Shown here piece after piece: positions 63,546-64,000 of a stretch of 64,000 bases of DNA. Origin of the DNA: Magallana gigas (lineage: Eukaryota); contig NC_088860.1 in the NCBI RefSeq assembly GCF_963853765.1, positions 40,734,001-40,798,000 of the forward strand, written 5' to 3'. The position numbers and the translations under genes were made by a program. A model generated the notes under the pieces. The model saw nothing but the letters and a program-made list of their open reading frames with translations. It ran no database searches and was not told where the DNA came from. Position 1 is the first letter of the stretch; each line of letters starts with the position of its first letter.

Positions 63546-64000
63546 TTTAATTTAAATCAAATTAACATTATTATAATTGTCATTTACTTTTGTGGGGAGA
63601 TGAATCCCTAAATGTCAATTCAAACCAACGCATTTCTTAGCAGTTCAAAGATTTATCGGTAGATCCTCGTAATTTTAGTCTTACTGCCTAGACCAAATTC
63701 AAAAAGAGCTGTTTTTAAATACATGTACGTTTGTTTAATAAGTAATATCCATTTCTATGTACTTTCCATTCTTAACTACTATACAGTTGTAAATTGTAAT
63801 ACTTGGTAAGAACCTTGTTAGAACTTGTGTTCGAACCATTTGTATATGTTTATGCAATAAAATATGTTCAAACCAACAAACCAAAGTCGTTGAATGAACA
63901 CAGACCAAATCCTAATGGAGAAGGTTGGATTAAATATTGAAGATCCACGAACACCACCCATACTCCATTAAGGCCGAATCTATAGTTGATCATTGTTCGC

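Noticed and set aside
63600-63890. Possible LINE 3' tail ending in aataaaatatgttcaaacc
   Set aside because: No reverse-transcriptase coding remnant or TSD visible. The resemblance is too vague to support.

Overview
AT-rich eukaryotic scaffold with spliceosomal introns and two N gaps. The repeat landscape looks like a bivalve, probably oyster-like, genome (inference). Three protein-coding loci can be reconstructed exon by exon on the + strand. (1) An 11-exon MFS transporter of the oxalate:formate antiporter-like type (931-10498, 451 aa). (2) A 6-exon TCTP/TPT1 gene (15912-22688, 174 aa) with a TCT/5'TOP start. (3) A 14-coding-exon SH3BP2-like PH/proline-rich/SH2 adaptor (428 aa), present twice inside a 13.7-kb direct duplication (30638-44314 and 44515-58161) whose junction is a 200-N gap. 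The two copies may be alleles assembled in tandem: I found 14 synonymous and no non-synonymous coding differences, and each copy has its own transposon-related indel. The rest is dense non-autonomous transposons (Helentron/HINE, mini-Helitrons, Kolobok, hAT, Tc1/mariner-type MITEs, a foldback nest), satellites, an orphan THAP exon and a MULE relic. The most unusual observation is a 44-bp minisatellite in TCTP that starts at the last sense codon and repeats the intron-5 splice donor 32 times. This predicts alternative C-termini and NMD isoforms that could depend on array length. No CRISPR array, rRNA or genuine tRNA is supported.
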